Shown piece by piece: positions 43,160-54,400 of a DNA stretch of 64,000 nucleotides. The notes under the pieces are model-generated. The model did not search any database. It saw only the letters and a program-made list of their open reading frames with translations, and was not told the DNA's origin. The position numbers were made by a program, and so were the translations under genes. The stretch's first letter is position 1. Every line of letters begins with the position of its first letter. Source of the DNA: Myxococcales bacterium (GTDB lineage Bacteria; Myxococcota_A; Polyangia; Polyangiales; DASUME01); NCBI GenBank assembly GCA_047601445.1, contig JASGJH010000001.1:1440001-1504000 (forward strand), read 5' to 3'.

Positions 43160-43175
43160 CCGAGCAAATGCTCGG
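43160..43175. promoter_or_regulatory. Palindromic operator CCGAGCAaaTGCTCGG between divergent oxygenase and TetR genes
   Basis: Perfect 7-bp inverted repeat within a 67-bp divergent intergenic region. Confidence 0.65.
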
Positions 43176-43194
43176 ATCTACTCGGATTCGAGAA

Positions 43195-43836
43195 ATGCCC
43201 ACTACACCCCGCAAACGACCGAAGAAGTCGCGACTTTCCGCGAAGAAGCAGCCCTCTCAGGGGCGCTCGCGCGCCACCTACGAGAGCATCCTCGACGCGG
43301 CTGCTCGGCTTCTCGAGAAGCACGGCTACGCGGAGCTCACCACCAACCACGTGGCCAAGGCGGCCGGTGTAGCCATCGGCTCGCTCTACGAGTATTTCGC
43401 CACCAAGGACGCCATCGTGGCCGAGGTGGTGCGCCGCACCGTGCGCAGCGTGGCGAGCGAGATCGCCGAGAGCTTCCAAGCGTCCCTGGCGGTCGGCATG
43501 GAGCGCGGCTTGCGCCCGCTGATCCGCGCGATGTTCGCAGCCATCGAGACGCGCGGGCGGCTCGTGCGCGTGCTCTCCACGAGCGTGCCCTTCCTCAACG
43601 AGATCGACGAAGTACGGGAGCTCCCGAACATGATGTTGGCGATCGCTCGGCAGGGCATCCCCGGCGCCACCACCAGCTGGCTCAAACGCGATCCGGAGGC
43701 GGCCACCTACTTGCTCACCGTGATGGTCGGCGCGGCGGTGGTCGAGAGCGTGGCTGGTAGGCCGGCTCACCTAACGCTGGCGCAACTCGAGGATTCCCTG
43801 GTGGGTCTCCTGAGTCGGGTGCTGGTGGAGAGCTAG
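43195..43836 (+). CDS. TetR/AcrR family regulator
   Basis: PSQGRSRATYESILDAA...TTNHVAKAAGVAIGSLYEYFATKDA. Confidence 0.95.
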   Translation: MPTTPRKRPKKSRLSAKKQPSQGRSRATYESILDAAARLLEKHGYAELTTNHVAKAAGVAIGSLYEYFATKDAIVAEVVRRTVRSVASEIAESFQASLAVGMERGLRPLIRAMFAAIETRGRLVRVLSTSVPFLNEIDEVRELPNMMLAIARQGIPGATTSWLKRDPEAATYLLTVMVGAAVVESVAGRPAHLTLAQLEDSLVGLLSRVLVES

Positions 43837-44016
43837 CCAGTCCCCTGCGCGGCGGGGAGACAACCTCGCTTCAACTGCATTCGAACGTGACCAACGTCAC
43901 GCTCCCGAACGGGTTAACCCCCCTATTTCGGCGAGCTGACTAACCGTGCGATAGGTGTTCACTTCCTTTCGTGAGTTCTCTCCGACCGAAATTGGGAAGA
44001 GACTCAACTGAGTTAG

Positions 44017-45258
44017 ATGGAGGTCTTTCTGCACAAATCGCTACTCGCTGCCAGCTTCGCACTCGCAACTACCATGGTGATTGAGGCTGCTCCGGCCCAA
44101 GCATCGGACAACTACCAAATCACCCAAGTCGGGACCGAGGTTCCGACCCCGGGCCTGAACCGCACCACGTTCACCGTGTCCGCCGGGCCCTCCGCGCTCG
44201 AGACCTTCCACGTGGTCCGCGTGCGCCAGGCTTCGACCTCCCACCACGGCGACCCGCCCGTGATCCTGATCTCGCCCTTCTCGTTCCCGGCGGAGTTCTG
44301 GGAGATCACCAGCGTGGGAGCCTACGCCGACACCTACGCGGCGCGCGTCGCCAGCGCGGGCTACGACGTGTGGCTGGTCGACAGTCGCGGCTCCAGCATC
44401 GCGCCGGGCAGCTGCGAGAGCGGAGCGGTGGACTGCTCGCCGATGGGCCAGTGGGGCATCGACCTGTCGGTGGAAGACGCCATGTTCGTGCAGCGTCTGG
44501 TGAAGTCCTTCACGCCGAACAAGAAGCCTGTGATCGGCGGTCTCTCGGGCGGCTCCACCACGGCCATCGCCACCATCAACAAGTACCCGAGCAAGTTCTC
44601 CGGCCTCTTCATGTGGGAGGGCACCATCTTCACCGAGGTGCCGGCCATCCACACGCGCAACGCCAACTTCTGCGCCCAGGACGAGGCGCGCATGGCGGCG
44701 GGTAACTTCGCCGATCCGTCGGTGCAGGGCTTCAAGACGCTCTTCCAGCTGGCCGAGGCCGATCCGAACGGTCCCTCACCGATCCCGGTTTTCCCGCCCG
44801 GCACCACGAACCTGCAGGCGCTGCTCTTCGCGTTCACGATGCCGGACCCCAACAACCCGCTCAACTTCACGGACGACTTCGTGCGCATGATCGGCGATCC
44901 CTTCACCACCACGCTGGCCTATGCAGACATCGACCGCGTGTTCGGCTTCGGCAGCCTGATCCCCACCTACGCGCCCGTGCCCTTCATCCGCGATAGCCAC
45001 TGCGCCATGGGCAACGTGACGGGCTATGCGGACCGCTGGGCAGACCGGCTGGACAAGTTCCACGGCGACGCGCTCGTGTTCGTGGAAGGACACGGCTTCA
45101 ACCAGATGATGTTCGACACCGCGAGCCTCTTGACCAAGGCGGACGTCACCATCGACTACCACGCGGAGTTCGGCGAGAGCGACCGCTACTTCAATCGCGA
45201 CTGGGTAACGGTGGCAGTGAACCCGCTGCTCGCCTGGCTCGCCGGCGTGAAGTTCTGA
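44017..45258 (+). CDS. Secreted alpha/beta hydrolase-fold protein
   Basis: Signal peptide (AQA); AGYDVWLVDSRG; GGLSGG nucleophile elbow. Confidence 0.75.
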   Translation: MEVFLHKSLLAASFALATTMVIEAAPAQASDNYQITQVGTEVPTPGLNRTTFTVSAGPSALETFHVVRVRQASTSHHGDPPVILISPFSFPAEFWEITSVGAYADTYAARVASAGYDVWLVDSRGSSIAPGSCESGAVDCSPMGQWGIDLSVEDAMFVQRLVKSFTPNKKPVIGGLSGGSTTAIATINKYPSKFSGLFMWEGTIFTEVPAIHTRNANFCAQDEARMAAGNFADPSVQGFKTLFQLAEADPNGPSPIPVFPPGTTNLQALLFAFTMPDPNNPLNFTDDFVRMIGDPFTTTLAYADIDRVFGFGSLIPTYAPVPFIRDSHCAMGNVTGYADRWADRLDKFHGDALVFVEGHGFNQMMFDTASLLTKADVTIDYHAEFGESDRYFNRDWVTVAVNPLLAWLAGVKF

Positions 45259-45261
45259 GCG

Positions 45262-45624
45262 CTAAACCGCGCCCAGCTCTAGCAGCCTCTCGACGAGGCT
45301 CTTGAATTCCCAGCGCTCGAACAGCTCCAGCGTGCGTTCGAGCGCTTCGCGTTTAAACGGCAGATGGGGGCCCGGGAGCGAGCGGGACAGCGATCTATGG
45401 GCGCGCCAGGCGCTCGCTGGCCCGCAGCTGCTCCGCGTGTTCGAGCCACGAGCTCACGGACGCCACAGCGAACAGAAGCCGCAGCGAGCATCCGTGGCCT
45501 TGCCGTCGCGGGTATTCATCGCCGGCAGCCCGTAGAACGAACGAAAGAACAGCGCGCAGGTGTCGAGCAGGAGAACGCACAGCGGGACTGTGTCGAGTTT
45601 TGCCTCAGTGTGGAAAGACGGCAC
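45262..45624 (-). pseudogene. Internally deleted 5'-3' exonuclease (PolA N-terminal/flap endonuclease) remnant
   Basis: VLLLDTCALFFRSFYGLPAMNTRDGKATDARCGF (N-terminal motif), then LEHAEQLRASERLAR and LELFERWEFKSLVERL (C-terminal motifs), with stops and frameshifts. Confidence 0.7.
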
Positions 45625-45828
45625 GTAGCGCGCGCAGCCGGACTAGCCCATTTTTGCGACCCACGGTTTCCGGCGATCGCCCGCTCAAATGCCGTGAATT
45701 TCCCTGAACCCCCGCGCCGGTGCCTGACGCGACAGAGCCAGCAATTGCGTCGGCACAAGCCGTGCTTATTCGGGCGATTGCGCGCTGCGCAAGCCACCGA
45801 GCTACCCCCTCACCCCTACGAGGAAGCC

Positions 45829-46776
45829 ATGGTCGAACCGTTTGCCAATCTCCCCATCCTGGTCCCCGGAACGTGTATCGCGGGAACCTACGTGCTCGAG
45901 GAGGTCCTCGGAACTGGCGGCTCGGCAGTCGTCTACGGCGCACAGCACACGCGCCTCAAGAAGCGCGTGGCCTTGAAGGTCTACCCCATCCGGCCCGGCA
46001 CCGACCCAAGCTTCGTCCAACGCTTCCAGCAGGAGGCGAGCTTCTTGGCGCGCGTCCACCACGAGAACGTGATCGCCGTCTACGATGATGGCTTTCTGGA
46101 CGACGGCTCTCCCTACCTGGTGGTGCAGCGCCTGCGCGGCGAGACCCTGGCCACCCGCCTCGACCGCGGCCCCCTGCACGTCGATGACGTGGTGGACGTG
46201 GCGCTCGAGATGCTCGCGGCGCTCTCGGCGCTCGCACGCGTGGGCATCACGCACCGCGACGTGAAGCCCGAGAACGTGATGTTCGACCGCAGCCCGGACG
46301 GGCATTCGGTGTTGAAGCTGGTGGACTTCGGCGTGGCCAAGGACGCGGACACCATGCGCCGCGAGGACGGCGATGCGCTCGACGAGTTGGTGGGAACCCC
46401 GCGCTACATGTCCCCCGAGCAGATGCGCTGCGAACACGTGGACCCGCGCTCCGACCTCTACTCCCTCGGAGCCATGCTGTACGAACTCCTGACCGGCCGC
46501 ACCCCGCACTCGGGCGATACGTTGGAGGAGATCGCGCTCGCTACCTGGTACGCTCCCATCGCGTCCATCCGCTCGCTGCGCCCGGATTGTCCGGTGGTGC
46601 TCGAGCGCATCATCTTGAAGGCACTCGCTAGGGAGCCCGAGTGCCGCTACGAGACCGCGAGCGAAATGCGCAAGGAGCTCGAGCGCTGGAACGCCATGCG
46701 TCGCACGGCTCCCATCTCGCACCTCGTGGCAGCGCTCAAAACGCCCGCCGCGCTCCCGCAGGTTGCTTCTTTGTGA
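45829..46776 (+). CDS. Hanks-type Ser/Thr protein kinase
   Basis: LGTGGSAVVY, VALK, HRDVKPEN, DFG, GTPRYMSPEQ and SDLYSLG motifs. Confidence 0.95.
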   Translation: MVEPFANLPILVPGTCIAGTYVLEEVLGTGGSAVVYGAQHTRLKKRVALKVYPIRPGTDPSFVQRFQQEASFLARVHHENVIAVYDDGFLDDGSPYLVVQRLRGETLATRLDRGPLHVDDVVDVALEMLAALSALARVGITHRDVKPENVMFDRSPDGHSVLKLVDFGVAKDADTMRREDGDALDELVGTPRYMSPEQMRCEHVDPRSDLYSLGAMLYELLTGRTPHSGDTLEEIALATWYAPIASIRSLRPDCPVVLERIILKALAREPECRYETASEMRKELERWNAMRRTAPISHLVAALKTPAALPQVASL

Positions 46777-46918
46777 AGATGTGAAGAACTGTTTCTCCTT
46801 GGTTGGGGACGCCTTCCAATTGCACACGGCTCGCGCGACCTCGCACTCGCGCTGCCTTTTTCAGTAGATCCGCTGCACGAGCCTCGCCACAGTAGGCCTC
46901 CGGAAGGTGGGCTGCGCG

Positions 46919-48301
46919 ATGCGTTCGAGGTGGGTTCTCTTGTGGCTGGTTTGTCTCCCTTCCGCCGCCCGCGCGGATGACCGCGATACAGCGGCGGAGG
47001 CGCAGGAGCTCGTCGTCCCACCGGAGGACAAGCCTGCGGGTCGCACCATTGGCTTGAAGGAAGCCATGGACGCGGCGCGCGCGAACCATCCTCAAGTGCG
47101 ACAGGCCAAGGCGCAGACCGAGTACGCCGAGGGCACGGTGGAGGTCTCACGGGCGCCGCTCTTGCCGCAGCTCTCGGGCAACGCGAGCTACGTCCGGACC
47201 ACCTCGAACTTCGTGTTCCGCCCGAGCAACAACCCCAACTCGTTGGGCCAATTGGCCAACAACCCGGCGGCATTCAAGCGCACCAACCAGCTGTTCAACT
47301 TTTACAACTTCGGCATCACGCTCACACAGCAGCTCTACGACTTCGGCAACAGCATCGACAGCTACCGAGCCTCCAAGGAACTGGTGCGCGCGCAGAACGC
47401 CAACGAGCAGTCCGTGCTGCTCTCCGTGGAGTACAACGTGCGCAACGCGTATTTCACCGCGCGGGCCAGCCGCGCCGACGTGGCCGTGGCGCGCCAGACG
47501 GTGCGCAACCAGGAACGCCACAGGGACCAAATCCAGGCCTTCGTGGAGGCGGAGACACGGCCGGAGATCGACCTCGCACAGGTGAAGGCAGACCTCGCGA
47601 ACGCGCGCGTGCAGCTGATCCAGGCTCAGAACGCCTATGATGTGGCGCGCGCCACGCTGAACCAGGCCATGGGCGTCGAAGGCAGCATCGACTACGAAGT
47701 CGCCGACGAGACGCTACCGCCCATCCGCGAAGAAGAGAGCGCAGCCATCGACCTCCTGAAATTGGCGTCGGAGCGCCGCCCAGAGCTGCGCGCCCTCGCC
47801 TACCAGGCGAGCGCTCAACAGCTCACCGAGCGCGCCACCAAGGGACGCTACGGCCCCGTGATCAACGCCCAGGCCAACTTCACCGATGCCGGCAAGGACA
47901 TCGACAACCTGACGTGGAACTGGAACGTGGGCGCCAACCTCACGTGGACGCCCTGGGCCGGCGGCATCATCCGTGGGCAGCTCAAGCAAGTGCGGGCGAA
48001 CATGGCCGACATCCAGGCTCAGGTCGACATCCTGCGCCAACAGGTGTTGGTGCAGCTCGAGCAGGCGCGCCTCGCCGTACGCGCAGGCAAGGCCGTGCTC
48101 GCAGCCTCCGAGGAGGTGCTCGAGAACGCCACCCTGCGCTACGGCTATGCGGATGGGCGCTATCGCGAGGGGGTGGGCGAAGTGATCGAGCTCGAGGACG
48201 CGCAAGTCGCCCTGACGACGGCCCAAGCCCAGAAGGTGCAGGCCGAGTACGACCTGGCCATCGCCCGCGCCCAGCTGCTCAACGCGCTGGGTCGGCCCTA
48301 G
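46919..48301 (+). CDS. TolC family outer-membrane efflux protein
   Basis: Signal peptide; two OEP repeats; RYREGVGEVIELEDAQ and ARAQLLNALG. Confidence 0.9.
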   Translation: MRSRWVLLWLVCLPSAARADDRDTAAEAQELVVPPEDKPAGRTIGLKEAMDAARANHPQVRQAKAQTEYAEGTVEVSRAPLLPQLSGNASYVRTTSNFVFRPSNNPNSLGQLANNPAAFKRTNQLFNFYNFGITLTQQLYDFGNSIDSYRASKELVRAQNANEQSVLLSVEYNVRNAYFTARASRADVAVARQTVRNQERHRDQIQAFVEAETRPEIDLAQVKADLANARVQLIQAQNAYDVARATLNQAMGVEGSIDYEVADETLPPIREEESAAIDLLKLASERRPELRALAYQASAQQLTERATKGRYGPVINAQANFTDAGKDIDNLTWNWNVGANLTWTPWAGGIIRGQLKQVRANMADIQAQVDILRQQVLVQLEQARLAVRAGKAVLAASEEVLENATLRYGYADGRYREGVGEVIELEDAQVALTTAQAQKVQAEYDLAIARAQLLNALGRP

Positions 48302-48348
48302 GATGTCCTGGCGCAAATTGTGTCAGCGATGTCCTGGCATCGCACCTC

Positions 48349-51300
48349 TCACTCCACGGATCTCATTCGCTCGTTGTAAGCCGGAAGCTGGGGCTTGCGG
48401 CGCGAGAAGCGATCGAGGGCCAGGTAGATCACCGGCGTGGTGTAGAGCGTCAGCAGCTGCGAGAAGATCAGGCCGCCCACGATGGCGATGCCGAGCGGTC
48501 GACGCAACTCCGAGCCCACACCGTGGCCGAGCGCCAGCGGGAGCCCACCGAGCAACGCAGCCAGCGTGGTCATCGTGATCGGCCGAAAGCGCATCACGCA
48601 GGCGCGGAAGATGGACTCCTCCGAGCTGAGCCCCTGCTCGCGCTCGGCCTCGATGGCGAAGTCGATCATCATGATGGCGTTCTTCTTCACGATGCCGATC
48701 AACAGAATGATACCTATCACCGCGATGATGCTGAGCTCGGTTTTGGTCACCATCAGCGCCACCAGGGCGCCGACGCCTGCAGACGGCAGCGTGGAGAGGA
48801 TGGTGATGGGATGGATCAGGCTCTCGTAGAGCACGCCGAGCACGATGTAGACCGTGACCAGCGCAGCCAGGATCAAGAGCCCCATGCTGGTGAGCGAAGC
48901 CTGGAACGCCTGCGCGGTCCCGGCGAAGTCCGCGCGCACACTCGGAGGTAAGCCGAGATCGGTGAGCGCACGGTTGATGGCGTCCACGGCCTGTCCCAGG
49001 GCGATGCCGGGGGCGAGGTTGAACGACAGGGTCACCGCAGGGAACTGCCCTTGATGGCTCACCGAGAGTGGCGTCGCGGCAGGCGAGAACGAGGCGATCG
49101 ACTTGAGCGGCACCTGGGAGCCATCGAGGGCGCTCACGTAGAAGCGCTGCAGGGCCTCGGGCGTCTGGGCCAGCTCGGGCTTGAGCTCCAGGATCACGCG
49201 GTACTGATTGCGCTCGGTAAAAATGGTGCTCACCTGGCGCTGCCCAAATGCGTCGTAGAGGGCGGCGTCCACCGCGCTCAGGGACACGCCCAGGCGCGAG
49301 GCGGTGTCGCGGTCCACGTTGACGTTCAAGAGCAGGCCCTTGGTCTGTTGGTCGGTGGCCACGTCCTTGAGCTGGGGGAGCGCACGGAAGCGCTCGAGCA
49401 CCTTGGGAGCCCACTGCTTGAGCTCGTTCAGGTCCGCGTCCTGCAAGGTGTACTGATACTGAGTGCGGCTCGCACGTCCGCCCATGCGCATGTCCTGCAC
49501 GGCCTGCATGAACAGATTGATGCCGCTGATCTTGGCGAGCTTGGGGCGCAGTCGCTCGATGATCTCGTCGGCACTCGATTGGCGCACCCCGAGTGGCTTG
49601 AGCGCCGCGAACACGGTGCCGGTGTTGCCCGCCGATCCTCCTGGGCCACCGCCGATGAACGACACCATGTGGTCCACGTCCGGGTCCGCGCGCACCACGT
49701 GGCTCACCTGCTCCTGCAGGGCGCGCATGGCCGGAAACGAGACGTCTTGCGGCGCCTCGGAGAAGCCCATCAGCTGCCCCGTGTCCTGCTGCGGAAAGAG
49801 GCCCTTGGGGATGGCCTGGTAGAGGTAGACGGTGGCAGCCACCGTGGTCAGCGCCACCAGCAAGGTCAAGCGCCGCCAGCGCAACACCACGCGAAGACTG
49901 CGCGCGTACCCGCGACTGATGAAGCCGTAGGCCTCCTCGACCTCGTGCTCGGCCCGTGACTCGTGGGCCGGGCGCTGCCGCAGGAGCTTGGCGCACATCA
50001 TCGGCGTGAGCGTCAGGGAGATCAGCGCCGAGAGCACGATGGCGATGCTCAGGGTCACTGCGAACTCGCGAAACAAGCGACCGATGATGCCCCCCATCAG
50101 CAAGATCGGGATGAACACGGCGATCAGCGAGACCGTGATCGAGACGATGGTGAAGCCGATCTGGCGGGCACCCTTGAGCGCGGCCGAAAGCGGCGTCTCG
50201 CCGGCCTCGATGTAGCGGGTGACGTTCTCGGTGACCACGATGGCGTCGTCCACCACGAAGCCGGTGGAGATAGTGAGCGCCATCAGCGACAGATTGTCGA
50301 GGCTATAGCCCCACAGGTACATGGCGCCGAACGTCCCCACCAGCGAGAGCGGCACGGCCACGCTCGGGATCACCGTGGCACGCAGACTGCGCAGGAAGGC
50401 GAACACCACCACCACCACCAGGCCCACGCTCAGTAGCAACGTGAACTCCACGTCCTTCACTGAAGCGCGGATGGTCTGGGCGCGGTCGATGGCCACCTGC
50501 ATGTTGATGGCCGGCGAGATGGACTCGGCGAGCCGCGGCAGCATGGCCCGCACACGATCGATGACCTCGAGGATGTTGGCTCCGGGCTGGCGCCGCACGA
50601 TAATCAACACGGCGCGCCGGGCGTCAGCCCAGGCCGCAATGCGGTTGTTCTCCACCCCGTCTTGCACCAACGCGATGTTCTCCAGGCGCACGGCTGCGTT
50701 GTCGCGGTAGGCCACGATCAGCTTGCGATAGTCCGCCGGCTGGTAGAGCTGATCGTCCACGCCGATCGTGAAGCGGTGACTCGGACCGTCGAGGCCCCCC
50801 TTGGGTTGATTGACGTTGGCGCTGGCGAGTGCGCGGCGCACGTCCTCGAGCCCGAGGCCGAGTCCCGCCAGGGTCTCCGGATCGACCTGCACGCGCACGG
50901 CCGGCTGCTGACCGCCTCCCACCATCACCTGGCCCACGCCCGGGACCTGAGAGATTTTCTGGGCCAGCACCGTGTTGGCGGCGTCGAAGATTTGCCCCAG
51001 CGGCAAGGTGTCGGAGGTGAGCGAGAGGATCAGGATGGGCGCGTCGGCCGGGTTGACCTTGCGGTAGTTGGGCCGGGTCGGGAGGTTGAGCGGAAGGTCG
51101 CCCGCAGCGCTATTGATGGCCGCCTGGACATCGCGCGCAGCCGCGTCCACGTCGCGATCGAGGGTGAACTGCAGGTTCACGTTGGTGCTACCCAGCACGC
51201 TCTGGGAGGTCATCTCGGTGATGCCCGCAATGCGCCCGAAGCGCCGCTCGAGCGGCGTAGCCACGGCGGCCGCCATCGTCTCGGGGCTGGCGCCGGGCAG

Positions 51301-51450
51301 CGCTCCGCTCACGGAAATGGTGGGAAAATCCACACGCGGGAGGGGCGCCACCGGGAGCTGCGTGTAGCCCGCTGCGCCGGCCAGGAACAGCGCCGCCGCG
51401 AGCAGCGTGGTGGCCACCGGGCGGCGAATGAACGGGGCCGAGATGTTCAT
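48349..51450 (-). CDS. mdtC: RND efflux permease MdtC-like
   Basis: MNISAPFIRRPVATTLL, LPVAPLPRVDFPTI, GFVVDDAIVV and GIVKKNAIMMIDF motifs. Confidence 0.92.
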   Translation of the reverse strand: MNISAPFIRRPVATTLLAAALFLAGAAGYTQLPVAPLPRVDFPTISVSGALPGASPETMAAAVATPLERRFGRIAGITEMTSQSVLGSTNVNLQFTLDRDVDAAARDVQAAINSAAGDLPLNLPTRPNYRKVNPADAPILILSLTSDTLPLGQIFDAANTVLAQKISQVPGVGQVMVGGGQQPAVRVQVDPETLAGLGLGLEDVRRALASANVNQPKGGLDGPSHRFTIGVDDQLYQPADYRKLIVAYRDNAAVRLENIALVQDGVENNRIAAWADARRAVLIIVRRQPGANILEVIDRVRAMLPRLAESISPAINMQVAIDRAQTIRASVKDVEFTLLLSVGLVVVVVFAFLRSLRATVIPSVAVPLSLVGTFGAMYLWGYSLDNLSLMALTISTGFVVDDAIVVTENVTRYIEAGETPLSAALKGARQIGFTIVSITVSLIAVFIPILLMGGIIGRLFREFAVTLSIAIVLSALISLTLTPMMCAKLLRQRPAHESRAEHEVEEAYGFISRGYARSLRVVLRWRRLTLLVALTTVAATVYLYQAIPKGLFPQQDTGQLMGFSEAPQDVSFPAMRALQEQVSHVVRADPDVDHMVSFIGGGPGGSAGNTGTVFAALKPLGVRQSSADEIIERLRPKLAKISGINLFMQAVQDMRMGGRASRTQYQYTLQDADLNELKQWAPKVLERFRALPQLKDVATDQQTKGLLLNVNVDRDTASRLGVSLSAVDAALYDAFGQRQVSTIFTERNQYRVILELKPELAQTPEALQRFYVSALDGSQVPLKSIASFSPAATPLSVSHQGQFPAVTLSFNLAPGIALGQAVDAINRALTDLGLPPSVRADFAGTAQAFQASLTSMGLLILAALVTVYIVLGVLYESLIHPITILSTLPSAGVGALVALMVTKTELSIIAVIGIILLIGIVKKNAIMMIDFAIEAEREQGLSSEESIFRACVMRFRPITMTTLAALLGGLPLALGHGVGSELRRPLGIAIVGGLIFSQLLTLYTTPVIYLALDRFSRRKPQLPAYNERMRSVE

Positions 51451-54400
51451 GCTTCGCCGCGCCCTTCGGTGTGAGGCGCACCCTCGACCAGCGGGTCTGA
51501 CTTGCCGCCGCGCATTCGTGCAGCCCAGGCCTGCACGCGGGTCATGTAGAGATAGATGACGGGCGTCGTGTAGAGCGTGAGCAGCTGCGAGATGAGCAGC
51601 CCGCCCACGATGGAGATGCCGAGCGGTCGGCGCAGCTCCGAGCCGGTGCCCGTGCCCAGGGCCAGCGGCAAGCCGCCGAACAGTGCGGCCATGGTCGTCA
51701 TCATGATGGGCCGGAAGCGCAGCAAGCACGCTTCATAGATGGCGTCCCGCGGCGACATACCCCGCTCGCGCTCCGCCTCCAAGGCGAAGTCGATCATCAT
51801 GATGGCGTTCTTCTTCACGATGCCGATCAGCAAGATGATGCCGATCAGCGCGATGATGCCGAAGTCCTCCCGACAGATCATCAACGCCAGCAGCGCGCCC
51901 ACACCCGCCGAGGGCAAGGTCGAGAGGATGGTGATCGGATGGATGTAGCTCTCGTAGAGCACGCCGAGCACGATGTAGACCGTGATCAGAGCGGCCAGGA
52001 TCAACACGGGTTCGCTGGCGAGCGAGCTGCGGAACTCCTGGGCGCTGCCGGAGAAGTCCGCGTGGATGCTGGAGGGAAGACCGACCTCTTGGCCCGCCTG
52101 CTCCACGACTTGCACCGCATCGCCGAGCGCCACGCCCGGCGCCAAGTTGAAGGACAACGTGACGGCGGGGAACTGGCCCTGGTGAGTTAACGAGAGTGGC
52201 ACCGGTTCGCTCACGAAGCGCGTGAAGGCGGAGAGCGGAATCTGGCCGCCATCGCTCGAGTGCACGTAGATGTGCCGGAGTGCCTCGGGATCGAACTGGA
52301 ACTCGGGCTTCACCTCGAGGATCACGCGGTACTGGTTGAGCTGGGTGAAGATGGTGGAGACGATGCGCTGCCCGAAGGCGTCGTACAGGGTGTCGTCGAT
52401 GGCTTGGGGGGTCACGCCCAGGCGGGCCGCGGTATCTCGATCGATCTTGATGCTGACCCCGAGACCACCGCTCTGCTGATCGCTGGCCACATCGGAGAGC
52501 TGCGGCAGCGTGCGAAGCTTCTCCAGCATGCGCGGGGCCCAGGTGAGGAGCTCGGCACTGTCGGCGTCCTCGAGCGTGTACTGGTACTGAGTACGACTGG
52601 TGCGGCTCTCGATCTGGAGGTCCTGCACGGGCTGTAGGTACAGGCGGATGCCCTTCACGGACTCGAGCTTGTCCGACAACCTCGCGATCACCTCGCTGGC
52701 GCTGGCCGCCCGCTGCTCGCGGGGCTTGAGCGTGATCGACATGCGACCGCTGTTGGTGGTCGGGTTGGTGCCGTCGGCCCCGATGAACGAGGCCACGTCT
52801 TCCACCGCGGGGTCCGCCAACACCACGTCCACCAGCTGGCGCTGCAGCTCCAACATGCGCTGGAAGGAGACGTCGGGAGCAGCCTCCGAAACGCCCGCCA
52901 AGAGGCCCGTGTCCTGCACGGGAAAAAAGCCCTTCGGCACCAGCACGGCCAGCAGCCCGGTGAGCACTGCGGTCGCGATGGTCACCGCCAAGGTGAGACC
53001 GCGATGGTCGAGCACCCACTTGAGCCCGCTCTCGTAGGTGCGCAGCATCCAGGCGATCGCCCCCTCGGACCAGCGACCCAGGCGCCCCACGGGCGCCTCT
53101 CCCTCTGGCCGCAGCAGCTGGCCGCACATCATGGCGGTCAAACTCAGCGACAGCACTGCCGAAACCGCCACCGCGATGCTCAGGGTCACGGCGAACTCGC
53201 GGAACAGCCGCCCGATGATGCCGCCCATGAACAGCAACGGGATCAACACCGCAATCAGCGACACCGTGAGCGAAACGATCGTGAAGCCGATCTGCTTGGC
53301 GCCCTTGAGCGCCGCCTCGAAGGGACGTTCGCCTTCCTCGATGAAGCGCGAGATGTTCTCCACCATCACGATGGCATCGTCCACCACGAAGCCGGTGGAG
53401 ATGGTGAGGGCCATCAGCGTCAGGTTGTTGAGGCTGTAGCCGCACAAGTACATCACGCCGAAGGTGCCCACGATGGAGAGCGGCACGGCCACCCCCGGGA
53501 TGATGGTGGCGCGTAGACTGCGCAAAAACAGGTAGATCACCGCCACCACCAGGAACACCGTGAGCACCATGGTGAACTGCACGTCCTCCACCGAGGCCCG
53601 CACGGTCTCGGTGCGGTCACTCACGATGGAGACGTTGATGGCCGGCGGCAACGAGGCCCCGAGCTGCGGCAACAGCTTGCGCACTCCGTCGGCCACCGCG
53701 ATCACGTTGGCGCCCGGCTGGCGGTTCACGTTCAGAATGATGGCGCGCTGGTGCTTGTTCCAACCGGCGAGCTGCGCGTTCTCCACGCCGTCGACCACTT
53801 CGGCCACGTCCATCAAGCGCAGCGCCGAGCCATTGCTGTAGGCCAGGATGAGGGGCTTGAAGGAGTCGGCGTCGTAGAGCTGATCGTTGGTGGCCAGCGT
53901 GTAGTCCTGACGCGGACCGTCGATGTTGCCCTTGGGCTGGTTGATGTTGGCGGCCACCAAAGCCTGGCGCACGTCCTCGAGGCTGAGGCCCGATCCTGCC
54001 AAGGCCAGCGGATCCACGCGCACGCGCACGGCCGGCTTCTGGCCACCGTTGATGGTCACCAGGCCCACGCCCGGCACCTGAGAGAGCTTCTGGGCCAAGA
54101 TCGAGTCCGCGTAGTCGTCCACCTGGTTCAACGACAGCGTGTCCGAGCTGACGGCCAAGGTGAGAATGGGCGCATCGGCGGGGTTGCTCTTCGAGTACGT
54201 CGGTGGTGCGGGCAACGTACTCGGCAGCAAGTTCGAGCTGGCGTTGATGGCGGCCTGCACGTCCTGCTCGGCCGCGTCGATGGAGCGATCCAGGGCGAAC
54301 TGCAGGGTAATCTGAGACGATCCGAAGCTCGACACACTGGTCATCTGCGTCAGCGACGGCATCTGCCCGAAGTTGCGCTCGAGCACCACCGTGACCGCCG

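Noticed and set aside
41688..43760. 690-aa plus-strand ORF and similar long antisense ORFs (e.g. 33520-35259, 48323-49996)
   Set aside because: Stop-poor shadow frames typical of high-GC coding DNA; they overlap well-supported genes and carry no motifs
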